NCBI GenBank assembly: GCA_002683155.1 | Contig: NYST01000009.1 | Location: forward strand, 7,963-57,390 | From: Methanobacteriota archaeon | Lineage (GTDB): Archaea; Thermoplasmatota; Poseidoniia; Poseidoniales; Thalassarchaeaceae | Reading direction: 5' to 3' | DNA: 49,428 bases | In this document: in pieces, positions 36,566 through 45,706 of the stretch | How the letters are laid out: every line of letters begins with the position of its first letter | Numbering within the stretch: the first letter of the stretch is position 1 | The notes under the pieces: model-generated | The model's database searches: none | What the model was told of the DNA's origin: nothing | Seen by the model: the letters and a program-made list of their open reading frames with translations, nothing else | Position numbers and translations under genes: made by a program

Positions 36566-37885
36566 ATGGCCTGGAGCCGAAAGTCAGCGATGTTCGCATC
36601 GCTTTCGGTTGCGATGTACCTGCTGGGCCTAGTTCTACGTAACCAACAACTTGTGACAGTGGCAGTGGTTCTACTTTCATTCCTGACATGGGCAGCCCTG
36701 AGAACTGCCCATGGCGATGTTGCCTCATCAGGGAGGAGGGTGGAAGAGGCAGTGATGGACGAAGGGGTTGAGCTTCAGAGCATCGTAGCGATGAGGAAGA
36801 CTTCAACATCCAGAGTTTTCGAGGATGGCGAGATTGACGTAACCCTGAGGATCCAGAACAGATCGGGGATGGCCAAGGTGCTCGAACTACGTGACAGGGT
36901 TCCAGAGGTCATGAGAATCAAGAAGGGTGCAAACTACGTCCTAATGGAAATTGGCCCAAAAAGGGAGACTGAGATCTCCTACACAATCGAGACCCCTCTG
37001 AGAGGTTTCTACACCATTGGCCCGGTCTGCATCAGGGTACAGGACGAGCTGGGTCTCTTCCACAATGAGAAAGAGGTCCAGCTCTATGACGACTTCTTGG
37101 TTTTCCCGAAGATGGAGGACATCAAGGACGCGATGATCAAGAGTAGGGTTCCTAAGATTTTCACTGGAGCGGTGAACATAAGAAACCCGGGAGAGGGCTC
37201 GAATTTCTACAACCTTAGGGAATACCTCCCTGGGGACCCGATGAGGAAAATTAACTGGAAGGCCACGGCAAGGCAAGATGGAAAGATGATGGTTAACGAG
37301 TTCGAAAGAGACGCCGTAAGCGATGTCATCATCCTAGTAGATAGCAGGTCAGTCAGCGAAACTGGTCCTGTTAGTAGGAATTCACTTGTATACAGCACAA
37401 GGGCAGCGGCTAGCCTCACGCAGCACTTCCTATCCAGGAGGGACTCGGTTGGACTTGTGGTTTACGGTGACGAAATTGTTTCGGTGGACAGGGATACTGG
37501 CAAGAAGCAGCTGTATGTCATCTTGACAAAGTTAGCAGGTGCGATGGCCAAGGGCAACACCCCACTCAAGATTGTGACGACGCGGATAATGCCTCACATT
37601 CATCGTGGAAGTCCGATCATCATACTTTCCCCCCTGGAGGACGATCCCACCATTGTGGATGCTGTTAGGGACCTCAGGGCCAGAAATTTCGAGGTCACCA
37701 TACTCTCCCCAAGTAGCCTAGAATTCGAATTCGACGCTAGGAGGATAGACAGGACTGGTTATGAGGTCCTAAAAACTGAGAGAGACATCTTGATGACCGA
37801 GCTAAGAGGATTGGGTGCCTATGTGATGGATTGGGAGCCTGACATGTTGCTTTTCACGGCATTGGCGGGGGCAAGAGGTTTCTGA
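36566..37885 (+). CDS. DUF58 (vWA-like) protein, the canonical MoxR partner
   Basis: Two N-terminal TM helices; the signature FYNLREYLPGDPMRKINWKATAR; and a vWA-like VIILVDSRS. Confidence 0.88.
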   Translation: MAWSRKSAMFASLSVAMYLLGLVLRNQQLVTVAVVLLSFLTWAALRTAHGDVASSGRRVEEAVMDEGVELQSIVAMRKTSTSRVFEDGEIDVTLRIQNRSGMAKVLELRDRVPEVMRIKKGANYVLMEIGPKRETEISYTIETPLRGFYTIGPVCIRVQDELGLFHNEKEVQLYDDFLVFPKMEDIKDAMIKSRVPKIFTGAVNIRNPGEGSNFYNLREYLPGDPMRKINWKATARQDGKMMVNEFERDAVSDVIILVDSRSVSETGPVSRNSLVYSTRAAASLTQHFLSRRDSVGLVVYGDEIVSVDRDTGKKQLYVILTKLAGAMAKGNTPLKIVTTRIMPHIHRGSPIIILSPLEDDPTIVDAVRDLRARNFEVTILSPSSLEFEFDARRIDRTGYEVLKTERDILMTELRGLGAYVMDWEPDMLLFTALAGARGF

Positions 37886-37899
37886 GGCAGGTGTATTAG

Positions 37900-38826
37900 A
37901 TGGCAGAACAAGGAAAGGGACCAGTAGACACATCGCACTTGTATGATGGCAAGGTTGTGAGGTCTTCTGCCCCTAGCAGGAAGAAGGCTGCAGGAACTAT
38001 GAAGGCAGACTCGGGAATCCCCGATGACGCGGTGCCAGAAGTAGCGATTCCAAATTGGATAGATGCAATCTTTGGAGGTCCGGTACTAGTTAATCGGGAG
38101 TTCGTTTCACCGAATAAGATGGTCTTAACTCTGCAAATGGGGGCAATTGGTTCACTCTTGGTCCTAGGTTTCCTCACATTCATGCTCACTCCGGTTTCGG
38201 GAACAGCTTGGTTCGCTCTGACGAACATTGCTGGAATTGGTTTTCTAGGCCTGTGGGTCCATCTTCTGATGATACTCATTGGGGTTGTTTCTGGATTCTG
38301 GGGAGTGTGGCAGAGGGATCAACGAGCGATGCTGCTGTCATATGTAGCGCTTATTCTGGTGACTATCAGATTTGCAGGCAGCAAAGTTGAGTTTGGCCTG
38401 AGTTTCCTGCCGGAAAATGAGGTGATTCAGAAACTGCTTCTAATCCTATATGCTGTTTTCCTTGTTGTATACATGGAGATATCAAGCGCAGTAATCCGTT
38501 TCTCCATGCTGGATACCTCGATAAGAACTGGAGAGGTTTACGTGATGAACGTGAAAAGTATCACAGATAGGTACAACAGAGCGTTGGGCTATACGCCCGC
38601 AGTTGCAGCAGTGGTAGCCACACTCACACTCTTCATCAATTTCTTTGTCCCTCTTTTCGTTCGAATTCTTGACCCGATAGCAGCAAATAGGCTCGAGGAA
38701 AGTGTCGAGTTGACAAGCGTTTACGGAGTTGCACTGGGGACAATTCTTGTTTTCATTGTGATTGCTGCGATGTTCGCGATCAACCTGCCCCTTAGGATTC
38801 AACAGTACCTTGAGAGGCAAGCCTGA
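37900..38826 (+). CDS. Hypothetical polytopic membrane protein, last gene of the MoxR module
   Basis: 308 aa with 6-7 hydrophobic helices after a polar N-terminus of about 60 aa. There is a 14-nt gap to the DUF58 gene. No family recognised. Confidence 0.6.
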   Translation: MAEQGKGPVDTSHLYDGKVVRSSAPSRKKAAGTMKADSGIPDDAVPEVAIPNWIDAIFGGPVLVNREFVSPNKMVLTLQMGAIGSLLVLGFLTFMLTPVSGTAWFALTNIAGIGFLGLWVHLLMILIGVVSGFWGVWQRDQRAMLLSYVALILVTIRFAGSKVEFGLSFLPENEVIQKLLLILYAVFLVVYMEISSAVIRFSMLDTSIRTGEVYVMNVKSITDRYNRALGYTPAVAAVVATLTLFINFFVPLFVRILDPIAANRLEESVELTSVYGVALGTILVFIVIAAMFAINLPLRIQQYLERQA

Positions 38827-39927
38827 TTACAGGAATCCGCCCATCAATCCCAAATCAGTGATTACGAGCATTGCGACTGCCTCAACGACGGGAGCGGCTC
38901 TTGGCCCGATTACTGGGTCGTGCCTCCCTCCAACCTTGAGAGGCTTTGTTTCGTTACTTGGCAGGTGCAGGGTAAATTGCTCCCTAGGAAGGCTGCTGGG
39001 TGGTTTGAAGTGGACCAACACCCTAATCGGAGAACCTGTTGATCTCCCTCCAAGAGCCCCGTCTGCATCGCCAGTGTCCGCACCTTCCAATTGTGGGAAT
39101 TCAGGTCCTGGGACCCACATGTCATTGTTCTCTGAACCTCTCATCTTCGATGATTCGAAACCGTTCGAGAACTCGATTGCCCGCGCTCCAGGAATGGCCA
39201 TCAGGCCCCTAGCTAGAGATGGCTCGATGCCATCGAACCAAGGTTCTCCGACACCTATTGGCAGCCCCTGAATCAACAACTCAACCACAGATCCGATGGA
39301 GTCCTTTTCCCTACGAATTCGTCTGATCATGTCTGCCATTCTTGGAGCGGCTTCCGGATCCCTACAATTGAGTCTGGACATTTCTGACTCGGCGTCATCG
39401 ATTCGATCTGAGTTTACTAGCTCTATCAGTGGCCTTGCAGAAATTTCGCCGACTCTGCTTAGATGGGCTGTACAAGACCATCCTGCGTTTTCCAGAATTG
39501 TCCTCGCTTGACTTCCTGCTGAAACTAGCCCAAGAGTGAGTCTGGCTGATTGGGAACCGCCTCCTCGGGGGTCACTGGACCCCGCAGATCTAACTCCCTC
39601 CACCATATCTGCATGCCCGGGACGGGGATGGTCTGGCAAGAATGCGTAGTCTGATGACCTGACATCAGAATTACGAACTAGCATCAGAAGAGGCCATCCG
39701 GTGGCTTTGCCCTCGTAAACTCCAGATAGGATCTCGCACTCATCCAGTTCCAGTCGAGATGACAACCCTCTCCTACCGGGCCTCCTTCTAGACAAATCAT
39801 CGTAAAGTGATTGCAAATCGATTTCGGTTCCAGGAGGGATTCCCTCGACTAAAGCGCCAACGCACTTTCCGTGACTCTCGCCGAATAGTGTCACCTTCAA
39901 CCGATCGCCCAATCCCATCCCCATCAT
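38827..39927 (-). CDS. aroC: Chorismate synthase
   Basis: RLKVTLFGESHGKCVGALVEGIPPG, RRRPG, GGRHDPVIGPRA. Confidence 0.93.
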   Translation of the reverse strand: MMGMGLGDRLKVTLFGESHGKCVGALVEGIPPGTEIDLQSLYDDLSRRRPGRRGLSSRLELDECEILSGVYEGKATGWPLLMLVRNSDVRSSDYAFLPDHPRPGHADMVEGVRSAGSSDPRGGGSQSARLTLGLVSAGSQARTILENAGWSCTAHLSRVGEISARPLIELVNSDRIDDAESEMSRLNCRDPEAAPRMADMIRRIRREKDSIGSVVELLIQGLPIGVGEPWFDGIEPSLARGLMAIPGARAIEFSNGFESSKMRGSENNDMWVPGPEFPQLEGADTGDADGALGGRSTGSPIRVLVHFKPPSSLPREQFTLHLPSNETKPLKVGGRHDPVIGPRAAPVVEAVAMLVITDLGLMGGFL

Positions 39928-40781
39928 GCCACCTCTTCCACAGTAGCGATGCTACTAGCAAATCTAGTTTGGATGGTCAGAAGTCCCATTTCTTCGATTA
40001 TTGCAGATATTGATTCTGCGTCATCTTCGAAACAAACTATTGCAATTGCCGGCCCTGAACCGCTGATTCCAGAAGCTATGGAGCCAGAAGCGATACAGAG
40101 ATTGCTTATTCTAAGAGCCTGGTGGTCATCTGTAGCGGCAGAAACCGCCATTCCGTTTGATGACAGTGAATCAAGAGGGGAACCACTCATTATCGATGCC
40201 AATGCCCTCTCGAAGATCTGCCTCTGTTCTAGGAATCTTTTTGGTGAAATTTCTAACGAACGCTCCCCTCTCAGACAAACTAACACCGACAGGCTTTCAT
40301 CCATCTTGCCTTGGATGATGATTGATTCGGATGCACCCATAGTTGGGTCAACAAGTTTCCACCCGGGTTCCAAGGCCGCCCAATTGTCATCCATGCTTCC
40401 AGTTATCGCGCATTTCGACATTATCTGAGACTTTGCAGCGAGGTCCGCTATTTCTGAATTTGATAGCCCGGTCCATGAGCAGGAGTTCAGAGCCCTAAAT
40501 GCGGCACACGAAAGAGCAGAACTGGACTTGAGTCCTTGTCCAATTGGAATCGTGCTCTCTACCTGCCATCCGAATTCATCGGGGATTGGGAGCCCCTCTT
40601 TTCTCCAGAAATACTCGACTGAATCTAGAAGTCGATGCATGTCACCATTAACTTTGTTTGGCTCATCTACGATTTGGACCTTAGTTTCTAATTGAATTCC
40701 TACAGAGCAGCCCTTCCCAATGCCCACGGCATGTAGGATTGAAATGGCACCGTTGGCCTTGCCTGATCCAAGGATCTTCAC
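39924..40781 (-). CDS. Shikimate kinase, archaeal GHMP-kinase type
   Basis: GHMP motif STIPIGQGLKSSSALSCA and SGSGPAIA. 4-nt overlaps with both neighbouring aro genes. Confidence 0.85.
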   Translation of the reverse strand: MKILGSGKANGAISILHAVGIGKGCSVGIQLETKVQIVDEPNKVNGDMHRLLDSVEYFWRKEGLPIPDEFGWQVESTIPIGQGLKSSSALSCAAFRALNSCSWTGLSNSEIADLAAKSQIMSKCAITGSMDDNWAALEPGWKLVDPTMGASESIIIQGKMDESLSVLVCLRGERSLEISPKRFLEQRQIFERALASIMSGSPLDSLSSNGMAVSAATDDHQALRISNLCIASGSIASGISGSGPAIAIVCFEDDAESISAIIEEMGLLTIQTRFASSIATVEEVA

Positions 40782-41755
40782 TTCTCCTCCACCTCTGCAT
40801 TTAGAGCGAAACCCACGTGTCTTGCCACACTATCCGTGAGAACAAATATCTCATCGCCTTCTTTCGCATCTGTAACTGAAATCACACCCTCATTTCGAGA
40901 AATCATTCTCACAGTCTCTGCTTGCTGGACTACCACTTGCCCCTCTGACCCTGCAACTTCAAATCTAATCAGCAACAGTGGTCGAGTCTCTACTTTCAGA
41001 CGCCCAACTGTAGCCTTGTTTAGATTGCCAGATGAAGATAGGATTGCAACTTCATCGCCAGAAGACAATTCGCTCAGATACTTGGTTTTACCATCCGCCA
41101 TTAGTGCGTAAGAGTGAATTGCCCCCGCGTTCACCCTAAATGGCCGGGTGGGTACGTAATCTGATCTAATGGTCTCACCATGAATTAAACAAAGCTTACC
41201 GGAAATTGAGCCGATGGCCATTCCATGGCCATCATTTATCCTCCTTGTCAGGTCAACGCATACCCTCTCACCCACTCCTGCGCCCTCAATTGATAGAATC
41301 CTAGCTTCTTCTATTACTGCCTCGGCTTCCCGGTTTTCCTCCTTATCCCACTTCCCGCCAATAATAGAAACGGCATCATCAATCAGATGGCTTTTGACTA
41401 GGATTGCGTCTACCCCACCTCCAAGTGCAAATGCTGCTCCATTTAGTTCAACTTCTTCATCGATGGCTGCTGCAATTCTGGTACTGGTTCCCCTTGATGC
41501 TGCAACTAGATTCTCCAGTGGGACCATGGTCCAGTCTGAGCATCGAACCAGAATCCATGGGACCAATCCAATTAGGGACATTGCTTCGTCCTGATCCGAT
41601 GGGTCATCGATTTGCACTTCAGAGACATCTGCGGAGAATCCATCCCAGAATCGGCTAATTAATTCCCTGTTGGCAGGATCTTCATCGGTGTAATCGGACC
41701 AAATCTGCATCAATTCACCCCAGAAGCATTGCTGCATGTTCTGCTGATTTCCCAT
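40778..41755 (-). CDS. 3-dehydroquinate synthase II (archaeal AroB')
   Basis: VPTRPFRVNAGAIHSY and RLKVETRPLLLI. The alternative ATG at 41710 (MQIWSDY) would remove the 41-nt overlap with the upstream gene. Confidence 0.85.
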   Translation of the reverse strand: MGNQQNMQQCFWGELMQIWSDYTDEDPANRELISRFWDGFSADVSEVQIDDPSDQDEAMSLIGLVPWILVRCSDWTMVPLENLVAASRGTSTRIAAAIDEEVELNGAAFALGGGVDAILVKSHLIDDAVSIIGGKWDKEENREAEAVIEEARILSIEGAGVGERVCVDLTRRINDGHGMAIGSISGKLCLIHGETIRSDYVPTRPFRVNAGAIHSYALMADGKTKYLSELSSGDEVAILSSSGNLNKATVGRLKVETRPLLLIRFEVAGSEGQVVVQQAETVRMISRNEGVISVTDAKEGDEIFVLTDSVARHVGFALNAEVEEK

Positions 41756-42509
41756 CGTGAACTATTGCTCTTAGAGACCTGATGTGAGATGCGGGATCTT
41801 CTGCGCCGAAGACGTTCCTTCCAATGCATACTCCAGAACCGCCGGCATTGATGGATTTCTCGACAATTTCTAGGATCTGAGAGAATTCAACCCCTCCCTC
41901 TCCGCCTGAGACTAGGACTGGTATCGGGACTGAAGATGTGACGATTCTGAAGGATTCTTCCGTGCCAGTCCAAGGGACCTTGACGACGTTGCAGCCCAAT
42001 TCCCATGCCAGCCTTGCAGCATGGGCAACGCCCATGGTAGAATCTGTTGGATCCAATCTCAAGTTGGGTCCTCTTGGGTAGAACATCCCCAGAACTGGGA
42101 GTTCTACTTCGAGTGCCTCTGAAGTAATTCCTGACATGCGTTGAATCATCTCTGGTTCTGCTGGATCCCCGAGATTTACCTGGCCAGAAATGCCAATTGC
42201 CCCTCTCGAAAAACACTCTCTAGCACCGGAGACATGGACCTTGTCTTGGGAGCGAGGACCACCATGGATTGTGGACATCGAAGAATGGCAGACGAATCTA
42301 CCCCAAGCGGTTCTATCAAAATGATAAGATAATGGTCCCTTATGGAGAACTATGGCGTCTGCGCCACCCTCTATTGCTGCGTCTACTGCTGAATCGCTGT
42401 CCATCAATCCATGCTCTGGAAATGAGGATGCCCCATGGTCAATAGGTACCCAAACCCCTCTGCCTCCCGGGAGGAGGGTTTCCAGGTGGTTTGCTAGTGC
42501 ATCTGCCAC
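41715..42509 (-). CDS. 2-amino-3,7-dideoxy-D-threo-hept-6-ulosonate (ADH) synthase, class I aldolase family (AroA')
   Basis: VPIDHGAS, IVLHKGP, MFYPRGP, AHAARLAWELGCNVVKV, IGRNVF. Collinear with the Methanocaldococcus ADH synthase as I remember it, and adjacent to DHQS-II. Confidence 0.85.
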   Translation of the reverse strand: MADALANHLETLLPGGRGVWVPIDHGASSFPEHGLMDSDSAVDAAIEGGADAIVLHKGPLSYHFDRTAWGRFVCHSSMSTIHGGPRSQDKVHVSGARECFSRGAIGISGQVNLGDPAEPEMIQRMSGITSEALEVELPVLGMFYPRGPNLRLDPTDSTMGVAHAARLAWELGCNVVKVPWTGTEESFRIVTSSVPIPVLVSGGEGGVEFSQILEIVEKSINAGGSGVCIGRNVFGAEDPASHIRSLRAIVHDGKSAEHAAMLLG

Positions 42510-42546
42510 GTATTATCGCCAATGTCACCTCTCTTGAATAGTCCCG

Positions 42547-42574
42547 TTGCCCCATGTCCTAGTTTCTGGGGCAA
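42547..42574 (-). terminator. Intergenic stem-loop 8 nt downstream of the xth stop (weak terminator or processing-site candidate)
   Basis: TTGCCCCA-(12 nt)-TGGGGCAA forms a perfect 8-bp inverted repeat. No strong oligo-T follows on the minus strand. Confidence 0.2.
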
Positions 42575-42582
42575 TTTGTATA

Positions 42583-43365
42583 CTAGAGTTCGAGGTCAAC
42601 AATCACTGGAGCGTGATCTGAAACTACCATCCCACCCTCCCTGAGGATCTCGGCATTTTTCATCAAGGGCCTAGCGGCTTTGTTTGCTAGTATGTAATCA
42701 ATCCTCCAACCCCTATCCCTCTCTCTTGCTCTTCGGAAATTCGACCACCACGAGTAAGGACCCTTCATTGAGCCAACGTGAATCCTCAGGAGGTCATGCC
42801 ACCCGGAATCCAGCATCCTGTCGAACCAAGCTCTCTCGTGCTCAAGGAATCCGGAAGTCCGTTTATTTCCCTTGGGATCCCAAATATCGTCCTCAGTATG
42901 GGCGATGTTCAAATCCCCGCACAATAGTGCAGGTTCGGATGACTCGATGAATTGTTGGCTCCACAGAAGCATGTCCTCCAACCACTGATCCTTGTAGTCC
43001 TGACGCTCCTGCCTTGCGGACCCATTCGGCAGATACATGTTTATGCAACTCAGATTTTCGTGCTTTGTGACCAAGACTCTTCCCTCTGGGTCTCTAGTTT
43101 CGTCCAGTTCGGTATCTATTCCTCTTCCGACCTCGGCCATGCCAACACGAGAGCATGACATCACGCCTGAGTAACCCTTCTTCTGGGCAGGATGCCAAAT
43201 TACCTCATATCCCTGAGGCTGAGTCCAATCCTTTGGCATCTGCTCTGGCAAAGCACGAACTTCCTGGAAAAGCATGACATCAGCATCGATGCGTTCGATG
43301 AACTCAACAAGTCCCTTCCGATGAGCGGCTCTAATCCCATTCAGGTTCCAAGAGACGACTCGCAT
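42583..43365 (-). CDS. xth: Exodeoxyribonuclease III (AP endonuclease)
   Basis: MRVVSWNLNGIRAA, FQEVR, GDLNIAH, WRIDYIL, VSDHAPV. Confidence 0.93.
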   Translation of the reverse strand: MRVVSWNLNGIRAAHRKGLVEFIERIDADVMLFQEVRALPEQMPKDWTQPQGYEVIWHPAQKKGYSGVMSCSRVGMAEVGRGIDTELDETRDPEGRVLVTKHENLSCINMYLPNGSARQERQDYKDQWLEDMLLWSQQFIESSEPALLCGDLNIAHTEDDIWDPKGNKRTSGFLEHERAWFDRMLDSGWHDLLRIHVGSMKGPYSWWSNFRRARERDRGWRIDYILANKAARPLMKNAEILREGGMVVSDHAPVIVDLEL

Positions 43366-43417
43366 GACGGGGGCTCAATGAGATAGGTCTTTGACTTTCT
43401 CGACCAAAACCATCATT

Positions 43418-45631
43418 TTAGTCTGATGCTCCAGCAAAGAATGACATTGACTCCTTGAATAATTCTTCTCTTCGATGACGCTTATTGTCTCTAATCTTGA
43501 GCCATGTGAATCCTATTGCTAGTAGGATGATGAATGGGACGAAGGCCTCAGCGTGATACCTCTCCATGACCTCGATAATGCCCCTTGCAGTGTATGCCCA
43601 TGTTATCGAGGCTGCAGTGCCACCGATGAAGCATGCGGCGAGTACCCTCTGGAATCTCATTCGAGCAACCAGTCCCAGCATGGCCCCAACAAGCACCCCA
43701 CTAGCCATGAATGGTATCCAGACGAAGACTATTAGACCCCAGAAGCCGTACTTGTCAATTCTTTTTCTGTTCTTGTGGGCCACATACTCAACAGAAGATA
43801 GGATGTCCCCCATGAATGGGTTCTGCAATAGAGCACCCGGAATGCCATCTCTCTTCGCCACCATTGCCTCGCCGGTGTGCTCTTCCGAACCCTGCTCAAC
43901 TCTTCCGGCGACTGCTCTATCGCCCAGTGTTGATTTCTCATTCCTTGCACTGACTACCAGTTCTCTGTCACCTAGGAGATGTTCCAAGTCGGAACCAAGA
44001 TGATTCCTTAGGTCACCTTGAAGGTGCTCGTATGTTGGTTTGAAAAGGAAATAGGCGAACTTCATGACTGGCCTGTAAATTACCCTGACAAAGACTGCAT
44101 CCTCATCTGCCATAATAGCGGAGCCGTAGTCTGCAACGTCATGTTTCCTGAACCAGCTTGACATGCTGTCCCTGAATGACTCCTCTAGTTTGCCAAACTG
44201 CCCTATTGAGGAAAAGAAGACGCTGTAGTCATCAGATAGGCTGACTTCTCCCGATATGTCGAAATCAAGAGTTTCGCCCTCTCCCTCATTTGAATCAGAA
44301 CAAACCGTCTTGATCTGAAGCGGCCTCATCTCTCCGAAGATTCGAAACTCGTTTAGGATGTCTTTGATTATCGTCCCTTTCACTTCGATCGGGGACATTA
44401 TGGTCTTCCTTGTAGTATCATACTGAAGGAAAACATCGACTGAAATTGCCCTATCTTGGACTCGAATCGAATTCATATCAGGCTTAATCTGTAGCCTCTT
44501 GGAGGCATTTTCAATCGTTCTGGAAATTAGCCGTTCCATTTGATCACTGGATAAGAGGTCATCCGTCTCTCTATGGTATAATCTGTGCATCAGAGGATAC
44601 TGTACACAAAGGAAAAAGATGGACATTCCCAGGGATACTATCGCCATATACCAAGGTGGAACTTCTGCATTCCCCCCAGTTAGCATTGCCGTCTCCCTTC
44701 CGCCAACCCACTCTGCACCCATCAGACCCCAGCCCCAAACCCCCATTCGCTGAATAGTGAAGCAAGCTCTTTTTTCATCATCGAATTCCTCCATCTTCCT
44801 ATGGTTTTCGTCAGAGCCAAAGAAGGATGATGAATCACTGGTGTGCAACTCTATTTCTAAATCCTTAATGGTGATTCCCGGCCGCCCATCTTGGAGGAGT
44901 GATGCATTTAGCTTATCTGACAAATCCTCGGTGGGAACATCTGACCAGTCATCTGAGGTGTTTTTCTGGTTGAGTACGATAATTCGGACAAAGTAATCTC
45001 CATCGACCAAATCTTCCTTGCTGAGTTCAATCTCCAGATCCCCAATTCCACCTTCTAGCAAATCAAATTCGTAGTCCGTTTGATGGCCTTCTTCGAGAGC
45101 AAATTCTGATGCGTTCCAAACATAGACGAAAATTGCAGATGATGATAACGATGCGACGTTATGGCTTTCGATTCTCAAATCATCATTCTCGACCCAAGTA
45201 TCAATCCAAATCTCGCCCCTCTTGTCAACGCAATCATTTGGGTCCAGAAGTGTTCCTGACAAGGAGTCGTCAATCACGATAGAGTCCCCCATGATTAAGC
45301 CAGATGAGGCCAGTGAAATCGAGCCGAAGAAAATCAGGCCGGCCATCAGTCCAAAGACCAAGGTGAAGTCGTCGAATGTCTGGGGAACAACTGTGTTGTA
45401 TAGGAAACTCTGACCGGGGTTCTCCCTCCTATCCCTAATCCTGTCCAACTCAACGTCGATCCTATCTTCTGCTTCAGAGTTAGGATTGGTTTCAGTGGAT
45501 TGTTTTTCCTCGTCTTCGAGGGATTCTGACGGAAGTACTCCTTTGTCCATTGGAAGCAGACGAGCGGGTCGGGCGTATGTGATATTTGTCACGGAATCGG
45601 AGGCGCAATTGTGCAAACTAGAGTGGTGCAT
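43418..45631 (-). CDS. Large multi-domain membrane protein with a C-terminal COG2426-like ('small multidrug export') module
   Basis: 737-aa ORF, probably starting at MDKGVL (45550). The C-terminus, KYGFWGLIVFVWIPFMASGVLVGAMLGLVARMRF...GGTAASITW, resembles PF06695-type proteins. The remainder is unassigned. Confidence 0.6.
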   Translation of the reverse strand: MHHSSLHNCASDSVTNITYARPARLLPMDKGVLPSESLEDEEKQSTETNPNSEAEDRIDVELDRIRDRRENPGQSFLYNTVVPQTFDDFTLVFGLMAGLIFFGSISLASSGLIMGDSIVIDDSLSGTLLDPNDCVDKRGEIWIDTWVENDDLRIESHNVASLSSSAIFVYVWNASEFALEEGHQTDYEFDLLEGGIGDLEIELSKEDLVDGDYFVRIIVLNQKNTSDDWSDVPTEDLSDKLNASLLQDGRPGITIKDLEIELHTSDSSSFFGSDENHRKMEEFDDEKRACFTIQRMGVWGWGLMGAEWVGGRETAMLTGGNAEVPPWYMAIVSLGMSIFFLCVQYPLMHRLYHRETDDLLSSDQMERLISRTIENASKRLQIKPDMNSIRVQDRAISVDVFLQYDTTRKTIMSPIEVKGTIIKDILNEFRIFGEMRPLQIKTVCSDSNEGEGETLDFDISGEVSLSDDYSVFFSSIGQFGKLEESFRDSMSSWFRKHDVADYGSAIMADEDAVFVRVIYRPVMKFAYFLFKPTYEHLQGDLRNHLGSDLEHLLGDRELVVSARNEKSTLGDRAVAGRVEQGSEEHTGEAMVAKRDGIPGALLQNPFMGDILSSVEYVAHKNRKRIDKYGFWGLIVFVWIPFMASGVLVGAMLGLVARMRFQRVLAACFIGGTAASITWAYTARGIIEVMERYHAEAFVPFIILLAIGFTWLKIRDNKRHRREELFKESMSFFAGASD

Positions 45632-45683
45632 CGACAGATGGTTTTACTGAGTTCCAAGATTGGGTTCGGAGGCAATTTTAATG

Positions 45684-45704
45684 TCCTCCTACTACGTAGG
45701 AGGA
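45684..45704 (+). promoter_or_regulatory. Perfect 9-bp stem / 3-nt loop hairpin enclosing the Shine-Dalgarno of the S8-RCC1 gene
   Basis: TCCTCCTAC-TAC-GTAGGAGGA; GGAGG (45699-45703) sits 4 nt before the ATG at 45707. Confidence 0.45.
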
Positions 45705-45706
45705 GT

